Source: Octopus sinensis (taxonomy: Eukaryota). Taken from it: a stretch of DNA of 61,768 bases. Shown in pieces: positions 1 to 12,760 of this stretch. The notes under the pieces are model-generated. The model saw only the letters and a program-made list of their open reading frames with translations. It was not told where the DNA came from and searched no databases. Every line of letters starts with the position of its first letter. Within the stretch, counting starts at the first letter, position 1. The translations under genes and the position numbers were made by a program. The DNA lies in NCBI RefSeq assembly GCF_006345805.1, contig NW_021832238.1, positions 1 to 61,768 of the forward strand, in the 5' to 3' direction.

Positions 1-156
1 ATAATACCAACTACAATAATATCAAAAGCAATAATATCAACAACAATAACAACAATATTAATAACAATACAAGCAACAACAATAACAACAATATTAATAA
101 CAATACAAGCAACAACAATAACAACGGCAATAGTAATAATAATAATAATAATAATA

Positions 157-193
<37 letters not shown>

Positions 194-968
194 GGAGGAG
201 GAGGAGGAGGAGGAGAATGAATATGATGACAACAGTCATATCAACAACAAATTCAGCTCTCCTACCGTCGATACAAAGGCAAAATCGTCTTCATCAACAA
301 TATCTAATAACACCGCCGCCGCACCATCACCATCTCCACCATCACCACCACCACCACCACCACCACCACCACCACCACCACCACCACTCTCATCACCACC
401 ATCATCATCACCACTATCACTATTACCAACACCACCTGTACACTACGACCATCACTATCATCACAACCACCACCACCGCTATCACCAACAACATCACCAC
501 TGCAACACCATTATCACCACAAAAACCACTACCATAACCATTACCAGCACTGCCATGTCCATCATCTCCACTACCAACAGTACCATCACACTACGACCAG
601 CCCCATTAACACTACCAAAACCACCATCACTACCACCAACAACAACACTGCCACCGCCACCATCACATAACATCGCCTCTACACTCCCTCCACTACCAGT
701 TTCACCATCACGACTACAAACACCATCACCACCACCACCATTACCACCGCCACCATCACCATTGTCATCACTTATACAACAGCACAAACAACAACAACAG
801 CAAACGTAATAAAACTACAAACAAAAAATGTCGATTTGTTTTATATAATTCATTTTTATTCCCTTTTTGTTTGATTTTTACTGTTTTCTTTTTTCTTTTT
901 ATCGTTTATGTATATGCTTTTCTGTTTATTGTGATCATTGTGTTTTTGTTGTTTGCTATTATAATAAC

Positions 969-1015
<47 letters not shown>

Positions 1016-1136
1016 TAATAATAATAATAACAATAATTATAATAATAATAATAAAAATAAAAATAACAATAATAATAATAATAATAACAACAACAACAAA
1101 ATAATAATAATAATGATGATGATGATAATAATAATA

Positions 1137-1178
<42 letters not shown>

Positions 1179-1314
1179 TAATAGTACGCAAATTTCATTA
1201 ATGTTAATGTTAAAACAATAAACAATATCAACAATGATAATAATGATAATACTGAAAATTATAATGAAATAACAGTATTAATTATTATTCTCATCATTAT
1301 TATCACTATTATTA

Positions 1315-1358
<44 letters not shown>

Positions 1359-1400
1359 TATTATTATTATTATTGTTATTATTATTATTATTATTTATTA

Positions 1401-1439
<39 letters not shown>

Positions 1440-1800
1440 TATTATTATATATTATTATTAATTATTATTATTATGTCATTGTTATTATTATCATCATTAT
1501 TATCACTATTATCATTATCATTACTATTGTTATTATTGTCATTGTTATTATTGTTTATTAGTGTTGATATTGTTATTACTATTTGCTTGCCTCTGTTCTG
1601 TTTCCTTGCTCTTGATTACATTATCAAAATTATTATTATTGTTATCATTATTATTATCATTATTATTTTATTATTATTATTATTATTATTATTATATTAT
1701 TATTATTATTATTATTATTATTATCATCATCATCATCATCATCATTATTATTTCTCGTGTTGATATTCTTGTTGTTTATCTTTTTGTTGTAGTTATTGTT
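1..1800. repeat. Compound trinucleotide microsatellite / low-complexity block (AAC, AAT, GAT, GAG, CAC, then AAT followed by ATT)
   Basis: The runs are directly visible. ORFs here are homopolymeric (poly-S/L/H/N/I) repeat translations. Confidence 0.95.
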
Positions 1801-2029
1801 GATTTCACAACACTTTTTTCACATTTGGGAAAATTAATTTGAAGATCATGTCCTGCTATAATCCATCATGGCGGCAATGTTTTCAGTTGTTCTCCCTCTC
1901 AAAACTCCACACTCTTTGTCTTCTCTTCCTTCTCTCCCTTTCGCTTCTTCTTTTCCTAACTCTTTACTCTTTTATTTTCCTCCGATTTTCGCACGTTCCC
2001 TCTTCTTCTCCATCTCCCTCTCTATTTTT

Positions 2030-2159
2030 ATCTATCTATCTATCTATCTACCTATCATTTTTCTATCTCTCTGCCTCTGAGATAAACATATATCATATAT
2101 ATATACACATATATATATAAATGTATATAAATATATATAAACATATATATATATATATT

Positions 2160-2210
<51 letters not shown>

Positions 2211-2224
2211 CATATATATGTATG

Positions 2225-2255
<31 letters not shown>

Positions 2256-2410
2256 CATATATAGTTCATATATATATATATGTATAGTGTGTGTGTGTAA
2301 GTGTGTGTTTGCATGCATACATTTATATATTACTCTTGTTCTCGTTCGTTCTATTATCATATCTTACGATTCTTCTCTCAATTATTTCTATAGTCACCTT
2401 TCTTTCTTTC

Positions 2411-2478
<68 letters not shown>

Positions 2479-2540
2479 CCTGTGTGTCTGTCTGTCTGTC
2501 TGTCTATCTGTCCATCTATTTATTTGTCTATCTATCTGTC
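2030..2540. repeat. (TA)n, (TG)n and (TCTA)n microsatellites
   Basis: Directly visible. Similar di- and tetranucleotide tracts (TA, CA, CATA, TCTA, GA) recur throughout the window. Confidence 0.95.
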
Positions 2541-2879
2541 TCTAACTGTCTTTCTGACTGTCTCAATGTTATCTCCCTAAATCATTCTTCGTTTTTTTTC
2601 TCTACCATTTCTATTTCGGAATTATTCTCACAATCTGCCAATTCCACAGTGCTGACCGGACTGATTTTGCCTTATTTTCTCTTTGTGTGTCTAATTTTAG
2701 AACATCCCATTTTAATCACTCCAGACAAATTCAGTTAATATCTGATTTTCTCTGTATCTGGCTATCCATCTCTCTCTCTCTCCCCCTCTTTCTTTCACTT
2801 TGTATATATGTGTGTGTGTATTTATGTATATGTTTATATATATTGTTCCAATACACATTATACAAATGATCCACGATGA

Positions 2880-3410
2880 ATCATCAGCAATGTATCTGGG
2901 GCCTTAATGAGGTTTCGGCTCTTTCAACATTAATCTCACTCCTCACTGTTTGACTCTCTATTATTCCATTTAGTAAACTACTTACTATATCAGGAAAACA
3001 TTTTTACAACCTAAAATTGTATTGAACGGAGTATCACCAAAGATCCATTCTCTCACTCACTCTTTTCAGCCTATTTTTTGTCAGGAGTATCTTTCCAATT
3101 GTAACACAGTATCCTGCAAAGCGTCCTGGCACCAAAACAGTACAAGTGACACCTAAGAGCCTATCACAACTATAAAGCAGAAACCTAAAGAGTCGAACCT
3201 TTGTCCTTCCTCACAGATATCTCCACAGCCAAACACCCTTGAACAATTAGTCCACAGCTTCATCAGTTCGTCTAAATCATTTTAGCATTTTTTAATTACC
3301 GCAATTGCTGGTTATCACGTTGCCGCGATAACTGAAGCACTTGACAACTTTGACATTCTCCCTCGTAATAGAGACAGACGAGGTGGAGTTCTCCAAGAAG
3401 CCAACATTCC
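2880..3410 (-). mobile_element. Degraded RTE-like non-LTR retrotransposon fragment (RT C-terminal region)
   Basis: The minus strand translates piecewise to ENVKVVKCFSYRGNVI / GVWLWRYL*GRTKVRLFR / LLYSC / FGARTLCRILCYNWKD. This resembles the RTE motifs EVVESFTYLGS...TKVRVF...LLYGCE...RRILGYRW. Many stops and frameshifts. Confidence 0.65.
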
Positions 3411-3441
3411 AAGGGTGTACATTCCCTCTTAAAGGCCTACC

Positions 3442-3481
<40 letters not shown>

Positions 3482-4584
3482 TAGATACAGAGACAAACAG
3501 ATATTCACTGTATTGGAGGGAAATTTAGGTGTTATATCTAGCAGATCAGCCATTTAAAAATTACCTGATTTACACGGGATAAACGAGATTTTAAATTTTA
3601 AATAAATCCGTTGCTGCTGTTGTTGATGATGAGAACGTTGATTTTAGCCCCTCGTCCGGTAGACCTATCATCAAATGTATTCTAGCCGTTAGCATCATGA
3701 ATTTGAATTATTTACGACGAGTAGCATTTAATCTATCTTACTCATCTTCACCGGCTTTTGGTTGGATGTCATTTGAGCTATATTTAGCTACTTTATCTAG
3801 CACGACACTACACCACATCAGAGCTCTTTCGTGGTGACGACTCCATAAAATTAACAGCCACATTAACGGAGCAGCGCACATTGGTGTTTTCGGAGGAGAA
3901 TGATAAATGAACACATAACGACGTCACATTCTACTGAAAAGATTCGATGATGGTGGTGTTGGTGGTTGTGGTGGAGGTGGTGGTGGTGGTGGCAGTGGTG
4001 CTGGTGGTAATGGAGATAGTGATTGTGTTGGTGGTGGTGGTGGTGGTGGTGGTGGTGGTGATGCTGGCGGCGATGGTCGTGGTGGTGGAGGTGGTGGCGG
4101 TTTCTAAGAAGGAGGAGTGATGCAGATTTTTGGCGTTGCTCACTACGGATAAAGGGTTCATTCTCGGCTGGCGAAAAGATAGACGGCTTGTTGATCACGT
4201 GATAATTCCTGACAGCTGAAAATGTCGTCCATAATGTGCTTGCTGCACGCCATCTATATTTATGTGCAGTGGTTTAGCTCTAGCATTCATTCGGGCGCAC
4301 ATCCATACATACGCACATATATACGTACATATATACACACATAAATACTCATACAAGCATACATTCATAGTTACACATACATATTCACATGCTTTCATAT
4401 AAATATATAAGCATGTTAAAGCTATAAAACGTATAAACTTTCTTTCATACATACGTATATACATTCATGCATACACATATACACATATGCATAGATTGCA
4501 TACAAACATTCAGACATATACATACACACTTAAATATGAGTTTGTCACTGCGTTTTTCCATCTGTTTTTCTCCTCGTTCCTGAG

Positions 4585-4709
<125 letters not shown>

Positions 4710-4776
4710 TTATCTATCTATCTATTTATTTATCTATCTATCTACTTATTTCTCTATGTATCGATTTATCTCGCTT

Positions 4777-4814
<38 letters not shown>

Positions 4815-4828
4815 ACACCCATAATATA

Positions 4829-4900
<72 letters not shown>

Positions 4901-5245
4901 CAAACACATATATCATATATGCATGTGCATTTGTTTGTATGTGCGTGAGGATGTGAATGCATGTCGCAGTGTAAGCGAGAGAATACTCAGATGCATACAC
5001 ATAACCAAATCGTTCTTCGCATATACTCGCCTGAGTTACACGTATATACACATCTTTACTCGACACCCGATGCATACATAGGTACGTACACATTCACGCT
5101 ACCTAAGGGCGATTTATTTAATGAATACATATCTCTATACTTTTATTCGGAAATAAACACACAAAAATACAGAAATGTATGTCTTACGCAGATCTTTGTA
5201 TTTAATGAATGCTTATGTATCTTCAGAATCTAACTTCAACATATA

Positions 5246-5632
5246 AGCGTAGGAGTGGCTGTGTGGTAAATAGCTTGCTAACCAACCATATGCGTGGCAT
5301 CTTGGGCAAGTGTCTTCTGCTATAGCCCCGGGCCGACCAATGCCTTGTGAGTGGATTTGGTAGACGGAAACTGAAAGAAGCCTGTCGTATATATGTATAT
5401 GTGTGTGTTTGTGTGTATGTGTTTGTGTGTATGTGTTTGTCCCCCTAGCATTGCTTGACAACCGATGCTGGTGTGTTTACGTCCCCGTCACTTAGCGGTT
5501 CGGCAAAAGGGACCGATAGAATAAGTACTGGGCTTACAAAGAATAAGTCCCGGGGTCGATTTGCTCGACTAAAGGTGGTGCTCCAGCATGGCCGCAGTCA
5601 AATGACTGAAACAACTAAAAGAGTAAAAGAGT
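5246..5632 (+). mobile_element. tRNA-derived SINE, family A (near full length)
   Basis: Head GGAGTGGCTGTGTGGTAA, body CTTGGGCAAGTGTCTTCT...GTAGACGGAAACTGAAAGAAG, internal TA/TG tract, tail GGTGCTCCAGCATGGCCGCAGTCAAATGACTGAAAC plus short (AAAAGAGT) repeats. More than 10 homologous copies occur in the window. Confidence 0.85.
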
Positions 5633-5784
5633 ATATATACAAGCATAACTAGGTAAACATATTCTTCAAAATATTATAACGTTACTCGTATACATTTGCG
5701 TAAAATCAACGGATACCTTTATGAATATCAATGTATTTGTGTATATTTATATGTGTGTGTGTGCTTGTGTGTGTGTGTATATAG

Positions 5785-5954
5785 ATTATAATAAGGGTGT
5801 TGAATGCTTACAACACCAGTCTGCTAGTAATAGACCCCAAATGGTCTGTGAACCACTTAGATTATTATTCCACTATACAAGTGTTTCATAGACCATTTTG
5901 GGGTCTATTTCTAGCAGACAGGTTGTTGTAAACATTCAACACCCTTATTATAAT
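5785..5954. repeat. ~170-bp foldback (about 75-bp imperfect inverted arms)
   Basis: ATTATAATAAGGGTGTTGAATG...TAGACCCCAAATGGTCT at left is mirrored by AGACCATTTTGGGGTCTA...CATTCAACACCCTTATTATAAT at right. Confidence 0.85.
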
Positions 5955-6059
5955 TTTAATATGAATTAACCATTGTGGTATTTTTGGTATGCTGATCACT
6001 GATAAATCATTAAATAATGATTTTATCCTAATTACCTCTAAATAAATAAATATATATAT

Positions 6060-6106
6060 ATTCAGGATTAAATAATAAAGACGACAAACGGAAAATATGA
6101 CCTACC

Positions 6107-6138
<32 letters not shown>

Positions 6139-6912
6139 CGTATAGTAAATAAACAAACTAACATATACTAGATACAAGGACGGACAGATAAGACAAGACA
6201 AAAATGGGTAACGCGAAAGAGAAGTGAAAACTGTCCGAAAGGACTATACACGGGAGGGGCAGAGCGAGGAGCTCAGAAAATCGTGTCCAGTAGAGTAGAA
6301 GGGAATGCCAAAAAGAATGGCACCGCCTTAGGTCATTGCGGGTCGCGTTATAGTGGGAGGAGGTTAACAGAGAAAGACAAAGAGAGGGAAAATTAAGAGA
6401 AGCAATGTAGAGGAAATAGATAGAGTGGCACAAAAAATATTCCAAGAATATTTCTACAAATGGGTAAAAAATTAAGGAGTGCGTACGTCACATAAATGAT
6501 ACATTCAGGATTAAATAAGAAGACAACAAACGGAAAATATGACCTACCTGTATATATAATAAAAACGTATGGTAAATAAACAAACTACCATATACTAGAT
6601 ACACAGAGGGACAGATAACACAGAAGGTCACCAATTCTGCATCGCTTATCAGCCAGAGGGTCAAATGCAGTTTCAGCCATTATTGATAATATTGCTTCCA
6701 CTATGGAAGCACCGACAAGAAACTTGCCAGGAATGAAACCAAAACATACGAAAATGAAACGGGCTCGAAACGAAACCGTTAGTAGAGGACGGGGAATAAA
6801 ACAATAACAGAATAAAGGCTTAGGGCTACACGAAGACAACCTTTAGTAATGATAATACTATACAACGTAAAGCCTTGGGGCTGCAAGACAAGACAAAAAT
6901 GGGTAACGCCGA
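6060..6912. repeat. Circularly permuted partial tandem repeat of an unclassified element
   Basis: 6060-6190 is repeated at ~6503-6620 (TTCAGGATTAAATAA...GACCTACCT...CATATACTAGATACA). GACAAGACAAAAATGGGTAACGC occurs at ~6192 and ~6887. Confidence 0.7.
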
Positions 6913-6919
6913 AGAAGTC

Positions 6920-7382
6920 ATGTCTCACGAATGAACCTTTTTCAGACCGAATAGTGATTAGTGACTAGAAATGGGTTCTCAATAAAAATGTCAAGTACCA
7001 AAACAGTGGATAGAGAAAGGAAAAGGACCGGCACCCCAGGCTAAAGAAGGTATTCACTCTCTGTAGGTTTTGTTATCTGTTTGGTGCGATATGAATGGTT
7101 CAATCCCCTTTGAACTTTTAAATCCAAACCAAATGATAACAAAGGAGATCATTTGGACGGAAAAAATATGAATTCTGCAGACGAGGTCAGAACAATACAG
7201 GCGGAGTATTTTTCACCACGGACAAGTGGATTTTGAAAGAGGGGTCTTCGAAGTCCACCAGATAGATAGAAGGGCATTGTAGAAAATGAGGGAGGGTATA
7301 TTTTAGATTAAAAAAGAACTTTATCTTAATTTTGAAAAAAAAGAAGTATAAAAAATCGTATTATTTTTGTGATGATCCAATA
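6920..7382 (+). mobile_element. Internally deleted mariner transposase remnant with 3' TIR-like end
   Basis: Translates to NEPFSDRIVISD*KWVLNKNVK / QWIEKGKGPAPQAKEGIHS / VLLSVWCDMNGSIPFELLNPNQMI, then jumps to HLDGKNMNSADEVR...KGIVENEGGYILD*. Ends in ...ATTATTTTTGTGATGATCCAA-TA. Confidence 0.8.
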
Positions 7383-7734
7383 AAACTGCCTCTCCCCCAT
7401 AAGTCACAAAACTTCAGGAATACACCTCGTATATATATCTAAGATTAGATAGACTGCACGGATTGTTTTCGTTCTTCAATTCCATCTTTTCAACACATAA
7501 CTCTTTGTTCTTTGCCATCTCCGCAGTGATTACTATAACTTACTTTATCTTTTTACTACCGTTGTGGGGTCGCTTTATATAACTGCAAGTCTAGAGTCTA
7601 ATCTATTACAAGATTCTTTTCCGTATTGTACTATTCTAAAAACCAAAACAAATATTACACCGTAAACCAAGGGGAAAAAACACCGGATGTGTAGTTTTAA
7701 ATGTTTGTATGTTCTTTTATTGATTTGTTCTTCT

Positions 7735-8026
7735 CTTTGTTTCAGTCATTGAACTACGGCCATGCTGGAGCACAGCCTTTATTCGAACAAATCACCCCCA
7801 GCCCATAATTCTTTGTAAGCCTAGTACTTATTCTATTGTATCTCTTTTTGCCGAACCGCTAGTGTAACGTGAACGTGAACACACCACCATCGGCTGTCAA
7901 GCGATGGTGAGGTGAGAAACACACACACACACATACGACACGCTTCTTTCGGTTTCCGTGTACAAAAACCATTCATAAGACTTTGGTCGACCCGAGATTA
8001 TAGTAGAAGACACTCACAAAGGTGCC
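7735..8026 (-). mobile_element. SINE family A, diverged, head truncated
   Basis: Reverse complement of the family A tail and body (GTTTCAGTCATT...GGCCATGCTGGAGCAC...TAGTAGAAGACAC). Confidence 0.75.
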
Positions 8027-8068
8027 ATACATACATACATATACAAACATACATAAATACATACATAT

Positions 8069-8120
<52 letters not shown>

Positions 8121-8267
8121 TATATATATAATATACATATATATATACATATATAAGTATATCATTGTTGGATTGCTACATGGTGGTCCTTCTCTAATTT
8201 ATATACATATATTATATATTGTGAAATTTGATTTAGTATTTCCCTGTAAGTTTGGAATCATATTCCC

Positions 8268-8331
<64 letters not shown>

Positions 8332-8355
8332 ATTATTATTATTATTATTATTATT

Positions 8356-8393
<38 letters not shown>

Positions 8394-8396
<3 letters not shown>

Positions 8397-10011
8397 TTGC
8401 GGCCAAAATGTTCAGAACGGCATTGTTTCCGTCAGAAAAGTAAGTATAAGTTTTTATCAAAGTTGTTTTATATTCTATAATTTTCACAGACAATAAATAC
8501 AATATTGATTGGTATTGTCTGAGATTTTGGTGTAATTTGAGAGGATAATACAAAACGTATGGATGATATAGGGATTTCCTGCAAAACCCATGGCGGCCAA
8601 AATGATCAGAACGGTTGAAAAAATAACAGAATAATCAAAAGTGACAGAGAATACTGGAATTATTCAATATTTAGTGTGAAGCCCTTTAGCTTCAATCACA
8701 CTCTGACATCTTCGACTGCATGAGGAAATTAAATTTTCGATTTCTTGCTGGGTGATCTTATTCCATTCTTCCTGAAGGGCATTCCATAAATTGCTCAGTT
8801 GTTTTAGGATTTCTGGCTTTCGAACGTTCTCCTAGAATATTCCACACATTTTCAATAGGATTGAGATCTGGGCTTTGAGCAGGCCAATCCATAACAATAA
8901 CCTTTTCAGCCTTGAGGAAGTTCACGACCACCTGAGCCTTGTGACATGGGGCATTGTCCTGCATGAATATGTGTGGTCGCTTAGTTGAATTTCTCAGCAC
9001 AGGCAATACATGTTCTTTTACAAGTTGTTTATAAACTCCTGCATTTACCTTTCCATGTAATCGCAGAAAAGGGCCCACACCATCTCCAGATATCATCCCC
9101 CAAACCATGACACTTCCTCCACCGAATTTAACACTAGTCTTAAGGCATTTAGGTGACAATTTTTCACCTACTTTTCTACGAACGTACCTTTTCCCATCTG
9201 AGCCAAATAACATAAACTTAGATTCATCACTGAAATGCACCGTTTGAGACCACAACACATGTTCGGTTGCAAAGGTGAGACGAAACTTTTTATTCTTGGA
9301 GCTGATCAGTGGCTTCACTGCAGGTGCTCTTGCTCGTAGGTCATGTTCAACTAAACGACGAGACACAGTTTTTCGAGATAAAGTTTTCTTCAATACAATG
9401 CTCATTATCCGAGAAACAGCAGCAGTAGCAGTTTTAAATCTGTCCTTTTTAACCAACTTTACCATAGCACGATCTTCTCTCTTGGTCGTTTTTCTTGGCC
9501 TACCTGTAAACTTTCTTGCTTCACACGAAACACAATCATCGTAGACCTTAAGAATACTGTGTACAACACTTTTTGACTTGTTTAACAATCTTTGCAATAG
9601 ATCTAATACTTAAATTATCCTTCCTTCGAAGCTTAATAATCTGCTGACGAATTGGTAACTGAGTAAGTGGCATTATATTAACAAAGTACACTGCAAATAT
9701 TCTTACTAATGTTTAGTTAACGAACCGTCACGTAAACAAATTCAAAACATTAGAGTTCGCCGGTTAAATATACTAAAACACGGAGTAAAAGCAACCATTC
9801 TGATCATTTTGGCCGCCATGGGTTTTGCAGTATATCACTAAATCATCCATAACTTTTGTATTATCCTCGTAAATTACACCAAAATCTCGGACAATAACAA
9901 ATAATATGGTATTTATTGTCTGTGAAAATTATAGAATATAAAACAACTTTGATAAAAAATTATATCTACTTTTCTGACGAAAACAATGCCGTTCTGAAAA
10001 TTTGGTCGCAA

Positions 10012-10014
<3 letters not shown>
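8394..10014 (-). mobile_element. Near full-length Tc1 DNA transposon of IR-DR type (1621 bp), flanked by TA
   Basis: About 224-bp terminal inverted repeats (8394-8617 and 9792-10014) begin CAGTTGCG. Each has an outer and inner direct repeat (GGCCAAAATGWTCAGAACGG). TA lies on both sides and the transposase is inside. Confidence 0.95.
8664..9673 (-). pseudogene. Tc1-family DD34E transposase, two frameshifts
   Basis: ATG at 9673 gives MPLTQLPIRQQIIKLRRKDNLSIRSIAKIV. A frameshift near 9585 leads into the ORF 8758-9597 (GRPRKTT, FSDESKF, FMQDNAPCH-34aa-SPDLNPIE). A second frameshift near 8790 leads into LWNALQEEWNKI...IEAKGLHTKY* (stop 8664-8666). Confidence 0.93.
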
Positions 10015-10056
<42 letters not shown>

Positions 10057-10151
10057 GTTAATCCAAACAAGAAAACACAAAAAGACACAACAACGTGAGG
10101 ACGTGGAACAAATATAGTATTATTGGACGCTCAGGAAAAAAAGGAAGGAGG

Positions 10152-10186
10152 GTTTAACGTTTCGAGCGGAGCCCTTCGTCGGAAAC
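10152..10186 (-). ncRNA. Minimal type I hammerhead ribozyme motif (U4C core) in a short non-coding insertion (~10053-10258)
   Basis: Minus strand: GUUU CCGACGA A GGGC UCC GCUC GAAA CGUU AAAC. Stem I is GUUU/AAAC, stem II is GGGC/GCUC, stem III is palindromic ACGU, and the cleavage triplet is GUU. Confidence 0.7.
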
Positions 10187-10323
10187 ATAGGAGAAAGAAA
10201 GATCCAGAGAAGGGAAGACAGAGGAAAAAAATCGCCAACGGTACACACGAAGTCATATATATATATATGACTTCGTGTATATATATACATATATATATAT
10301 ATTCATTGCAATCTATTATACTC

Positions 10324-10629
10324 GCACGTGGCTTAATGTTTAGAGTACAGTATTCGGCTTAAGCTCTTAAGATCATGAGTTCAATTTCCGGCAGCGCGTT
10401 GTGTCTTTTGACCAAGATACTTTATTTCACTTTGCCCCAGTCCATTGAGCTTTACCTGTAGTTCAAAGGGGCCAGCCCTATCACATTGTTTCATGCTGAA
10501 TCTCCCTGAGAATTACGGTAATGGTACGCGTGTCGTGTTGAGCCAGTTGCACGTTAAGTTAAAGAGTAGGCTGTTCCGTTGATCGGATGAGCTGGAACGC
10601 TCATCGGCGTAACCGGTGAAGTGCCAGTT
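10324..10629 (+). mobile_element. tRNA-derived SINE, family C (CORE-like central region)
   Basis: Degenerate A/B boxes (GTGGCTTAATG...GAGTTCAATTTCC), GTTGTGTC...CAAGATACTTTATTTCAC core, tail GGCTGTTCCGTTGATCGGAT...GTGCCAGTT shared with the 54969 copy. Confidence 0.75.
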
Positions 10630-11388
10630 GTAATATTAAAAAATTATGTAAGTAGTATATGCATGTGCATATATAATAGAAGTATGTATGTGTATATATA
10701 ATAGAAGTATGTGTGTGTATATACAAAAATAAACACACTGTTTTTTATATCGGTTAAACTTTAGTATGTCGGATAAACTTTCAACATTGGAATAAACAGT
10801 AAAAATAGAATATATGTAAGAAGTGTATATGCATGCGTATATAAATAGATATATGTGTGCGTATCTGTACAAAACTATATGCAATACCAGAGGGGGATAA
10901 ATATCCCCACTAACTTATTTTTCAAAACAGGATATAAAAGCTAGACAGCAATTAATTAACTTTAAATAGAGGCTGATTTGCTTGTAAATGGAGCCAGTTG
11001 TTTTGTTGGGAAAGACAGTGGGTAATTTAGATTCTTCAAATAAACAGTTGATAAGTACAGAAATGGTCAGTCTTCATCACTTTATCACTTTATTATCTCT
11101 AAACGATTAATGGCATTCTTCATTCTGTTTTGAACTTTCTTCTTTATAATCCGACCATGAAGATAGATCTGTAATTTATAGTAAACCTCACCCTTTGTGC
11201 AAAATCTTTTTCCTATTTTTGTATTTCTGTATTATTTTATTTCGATTATAATTGTATTTTGTCTTTCACTATATCTATGGATTTGTTTTGTTTTTAAATT
11301 GCTGTAAATAACAGACTGCGTCGGGTAGGCTCTCACACAGTGAGTGAACCGACAGCAGATCTTACGACGGAATTATTTAAAGAATCAC

Positions 11389-11481
11389 CTGAGGAGGCGC
11401 ATTTTACACAATGGATGAATGCTATTGATTTCACAACACCATAATATTACGAGTGTTAAAATGGGCTGAAACAATGCCGTT
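11389..11481 (+). ncRNA. Degenerate hammerhead-like motif with long stem II
   Basis: CUGAGGA (11389-95), then GGCGCAUUUUACAC pairing with GUGUUAAAAUGGGCU, then GAAAC (11468-72). Stems I and III are not convincingly formed. Confidence 0.4.
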
Positions 11482-11515
11482 CATTACATTTTCTATCTAT
11501 CTATCTATCTCACTC

Positions 11516-11604
<89 letters not shown>

Positions 11605-11639
11605 TAATATATATATATATATATGTATACATATACGTG

Positions 11640-11971
11640 AAGGTGCATGACTCAGTGGTCGGAGCGTCGAGCTTACGATCGTGAGATTTAGAGTTCGAAT
11701 CCTGGACCGGTCTGCGTGTTGTATTCTTGAGCAAGACAATTTATTTCACGTTACTCCAGTTCACTCGGCTGTAGAAATGAGTTGCGACGTCACAGATGCC
11801 AAGCTGCATCGGCCTCTGCCTTTCCCTTGGATAACACTGGTGGCGTGGAGAGGGGAGGCCGGTATGCATGGGCGACTGCTGGACTTCCATAAACCACGTT
11901 ACCCGGACTTGTGCCTAAGAAGGTAACATTCTAAGTGCAATCCCATGGTCAGTCATGATCGAAGGGGGTCT
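11640..11971 (+). mobile_element. tRNA-derived SINE, family D (family C-like head and core, different tail)
   Basis: Head TGACTCAGTGG...GAGTTCGAATCC, core TCTTGAGCAAGACAATTTATTTCACGTT, distinct tail ending GATCGAAGGGGGTCT. Confidence 0.7.
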
Positions 11972-12088
11972 ATGCAGCATATATATACATATATGCATAT
12001 CACGTACGTACGTACATACATACATACATACATACATACATACATACATACATACATACATACATACATACATACGTATGCGTACATA

Positions 12089-12760
12089 CAGATTGTGCTG
12101 GCTAAATTTGCATAAAAGGAGAAAAAATAAACACAATATCCTGTTCAAAAATATAAGGGTTTTAAGAAATCAATAAATATGAACGATATTTTGACTGGGG
12201 AGTAAGAGTTAACTCAAAGCCGTTGCGCTCAGCAGCCACCACGGCCGCAAGACGGTACAAGAATCCGGCGCATTCGCGCCTCCCTGTGGTCCAGCGAAGA
12301 TCTTCAAGCGCTTCATTGATCATAGCCATCAGCTTGGCCTTGCTGTTTTAGGCACAGCGATTGATTTCTTTCTCAACCACGCATCAGGTTTACTATAAAT
12401 TACAATTCTATCTTCATAGCCAGATTATAAGGAAGAAAGTTCAAAACAGAATGAAGAATGCAATTAATTGTTCAAAGATAATAAAGTGATAAAGTGATGA
12501 AGACTGACCATTTCTGTACTTTGAAGGATCTAAATTACCCACTGTCTTTCTTAACAAAACAACTGGGCAGACATTGAGGTTGGTGAAGTAGATATTCTCT
12601 GACATCGACTTCTGACTCTTTCCACGGCAAAGTGCCGAATTCTGCTGCCTCACATATGGCTTTCCAGCAGTAATCCTCTCCAGCCATGGTTTATGCACTT
12701 CTCCAACAGCTTCATGTGGTCGTCTGCGTTGAGCCTAAGGTCCTCTTCCTGTAGGTATAA
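12089..12760 (-). mobile_element. maT/DD37D-like Tc1-mariner transposase remnant, interrupted at 12386-12566
   Basis: Minus strand reads KPWLERITAGKPYVRQQNSALC...SQKSMSEN.YFTNLNVCP. After the insertion it reads VVEKEINRCA*NSKAKLMAMINEALEDL...ECAGFLYRLAAVVAAERNGFE. This resembles maT motifs YVWQQDSAPCH...AC.RF..RL.AVV.A.G..FE. TA-CAG terminus at 12087-12091. Confidence 0.7.

Noticed and set aside
960-1760. (AAT)n followed by (ATT)n as a functional long hairpin
   Set aside because: The complementarity follows trivially from adjacent opposite-strand microsatellites, and the pattern recurs elsewhere (e.g. 16706-17060) with no evidence of function.
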